64,000 bases of DNA from Eledone cirrhosa (taxonomy: Eukaryota), in contig OZ024742.1 of assembly GCA_964016885.1 (NCBI GenBank), forward strand, positions 130,262,001-130,326,000. Reading direction: 5' to 3'. The position numbers and the translations under genes were made by a program. The number at the start of each line of letters is the position of its first letter. Within the stretch, counting starts at the first letter, position 1. The notes under the pieces are model-generated. The model ran no database searches. It had not been told where the DNA came from and saw only the letters and a list, made by a program, of their open reading frames with translations. Of the stretch, positions 62,801 through 64,000 are shown one piece after another.

Positions 62801-62992
62801 TGTTTCTACTTTTTGGCACAAGGCCAGCAAATTACCCAGTGCATTACTGGTATTTTATTTTATCGACCCCCCCCCCCCGTAAGGATGAAAGGCAAAGTTA
62901 ACCTCGGCGAGATTTGAACTCAGAATGGCAAGGGCCGTAACTCTATGCGTCAAATCATGGCGTCCGACCCTCTACCGATACTGCCAATCCAA
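62801..62992 (-). mobile_element. SINE family A copy
   Basis: Near-consensus unit. Confidence 0.8.
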
Positions 62993-63799
62993 CGCTGTAG
63001 ACCTACTTTAATAATAAACCCTAACGCATTTTTGCGAAAAAAAAATTAACATAAAAATAATATAAAACGCAGATTTCCCGAGTCTTGCTGATTACTAATA
63101 TCATAAATTCTTTCAATGATATTGTTTGTAACTCTACCTTTTATTTTTGATATCTATATAATGATACTTTTATCAAAACTCTTGGCTGTTATTTTTTGTA
63201 TAAAACTATAAGCCCCATCCCTAGTCCTAGTGTCTTTTTTTAAAGGAAAATTATTACCATCCTCCGGGGAAACCTCATTTGCTTACCACATGGAGAGATG
63301 GGGAGGGTGAGAGAGATGGAGGCGATGACAGTGGGGGGTTCGGCTCTTCCACGTTCGGACCATGTCCTTATGGTTGTGTTCATCAAGCCCCACTGCAGTA
63401 ACGAAATATATGTAAAAATAATTAAAGACCTGTCTTATAATAGGTGAAACACGGTACTACTATTTATGTTGCAAGTCAACAAGGTAGCCTCTTCCTAAAC
63501 GTTTATGCTGCTAAAAACAACAACCAAATCATATTCTATCCATTTAAAAGAACACATTGGATAAGTCTGTATATATAAAAAAAGGCTAGTCATTGACGGA
63601 AGCCTTTCATCACAAGATTTTTAAACAGAAACATAGGTTTGTTAAACAACAACATAGGTTTGTTTAACAACAACATAGGTTTGTTTAACTATTTATGTTA
63701 CCACAATTACCATAACTACCACTATCACCACTACCACCACGACTATGTATTTCATCAGCATAATTTACTACCACCATCGCCATCAGTCAGCCCCACCAT

Positions 63800-63864
63800 G
63801 TACTACTACTACCACCACCACCACTACTACTATTACTACTACTACTACAACTACCACCACTACT

Positions 63865-63897
<33 letters not shown>

Positions 63898-63940
63898 GGT
63901 ACTGCTGCTGCTGCTGCTGCTACTGCTACTACTACTACCA

Positions 63941-63976
<36 letters not shown>
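63800..63976. repeat. (TAC/CAC/TGC)n trinucleotide microsatellite
   Basis: Read directly; a similar (CAC)n tract lies at 62425-62515. Confidence 0.95.
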
Positions 63977-64000
63977 ACGTTCTTTTCACACCACACCTAT

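Noticed and set aside
61890-63996. ORFs rich in YI, CV, H, T, Y, V or S
   Set aside because: Translations of (TA)n, (TG)n, (CAC)n and (TAC)n microsatellites; the same applies to similar ORFs at 29120, 31377, 35326-35989, 37746 and 40273

Overview
This is AT-rich, repeat-dense eukaryotic DNA. Its SINE/LINE/microsatellite landscape resembles an octopus (coleoid cephalopod) genome, which is an inference. One complete protein-coding gene is present: RRM1 (class Ia ribonucleotide reductase large subunit), minus strand, 19 coding exons from 30841 down to 4183. All introns are GT-AG, the CDS is 2376 nt (791 aa), the catalytic motifs are intact, and E2F and CCAAT motifs lie upstream. One intact tRNA-Glu(CTC) gene lies at 42834-42905 (-). 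The rest is mobile DNA: RTE, CR1 and CRE LINE fragments; many tRNA-derived SINEs; a hAT/Buster transposon inserted into a CR1; a piggyBac deletion derivative with four related MITEs; a Helitron helicase relic; a young non-autonomous Gypsy-type LTR element with a tRNA-Trp primer site; and a 5'-truncated Penelope-like (Naiad-type) element. That last element has an open GIY-YIG frame missed by the ORF track and an apparently intact hammerhead ribozyme. Further hammerhead-like motifs sit in palindromic cassettes within (TA)n microsatellites. A co-oriented ~95-bp repeat found only in RRM1 introns is unexplained. Repeat boundaries are approximate unless TIRs or TSDs are quoted.
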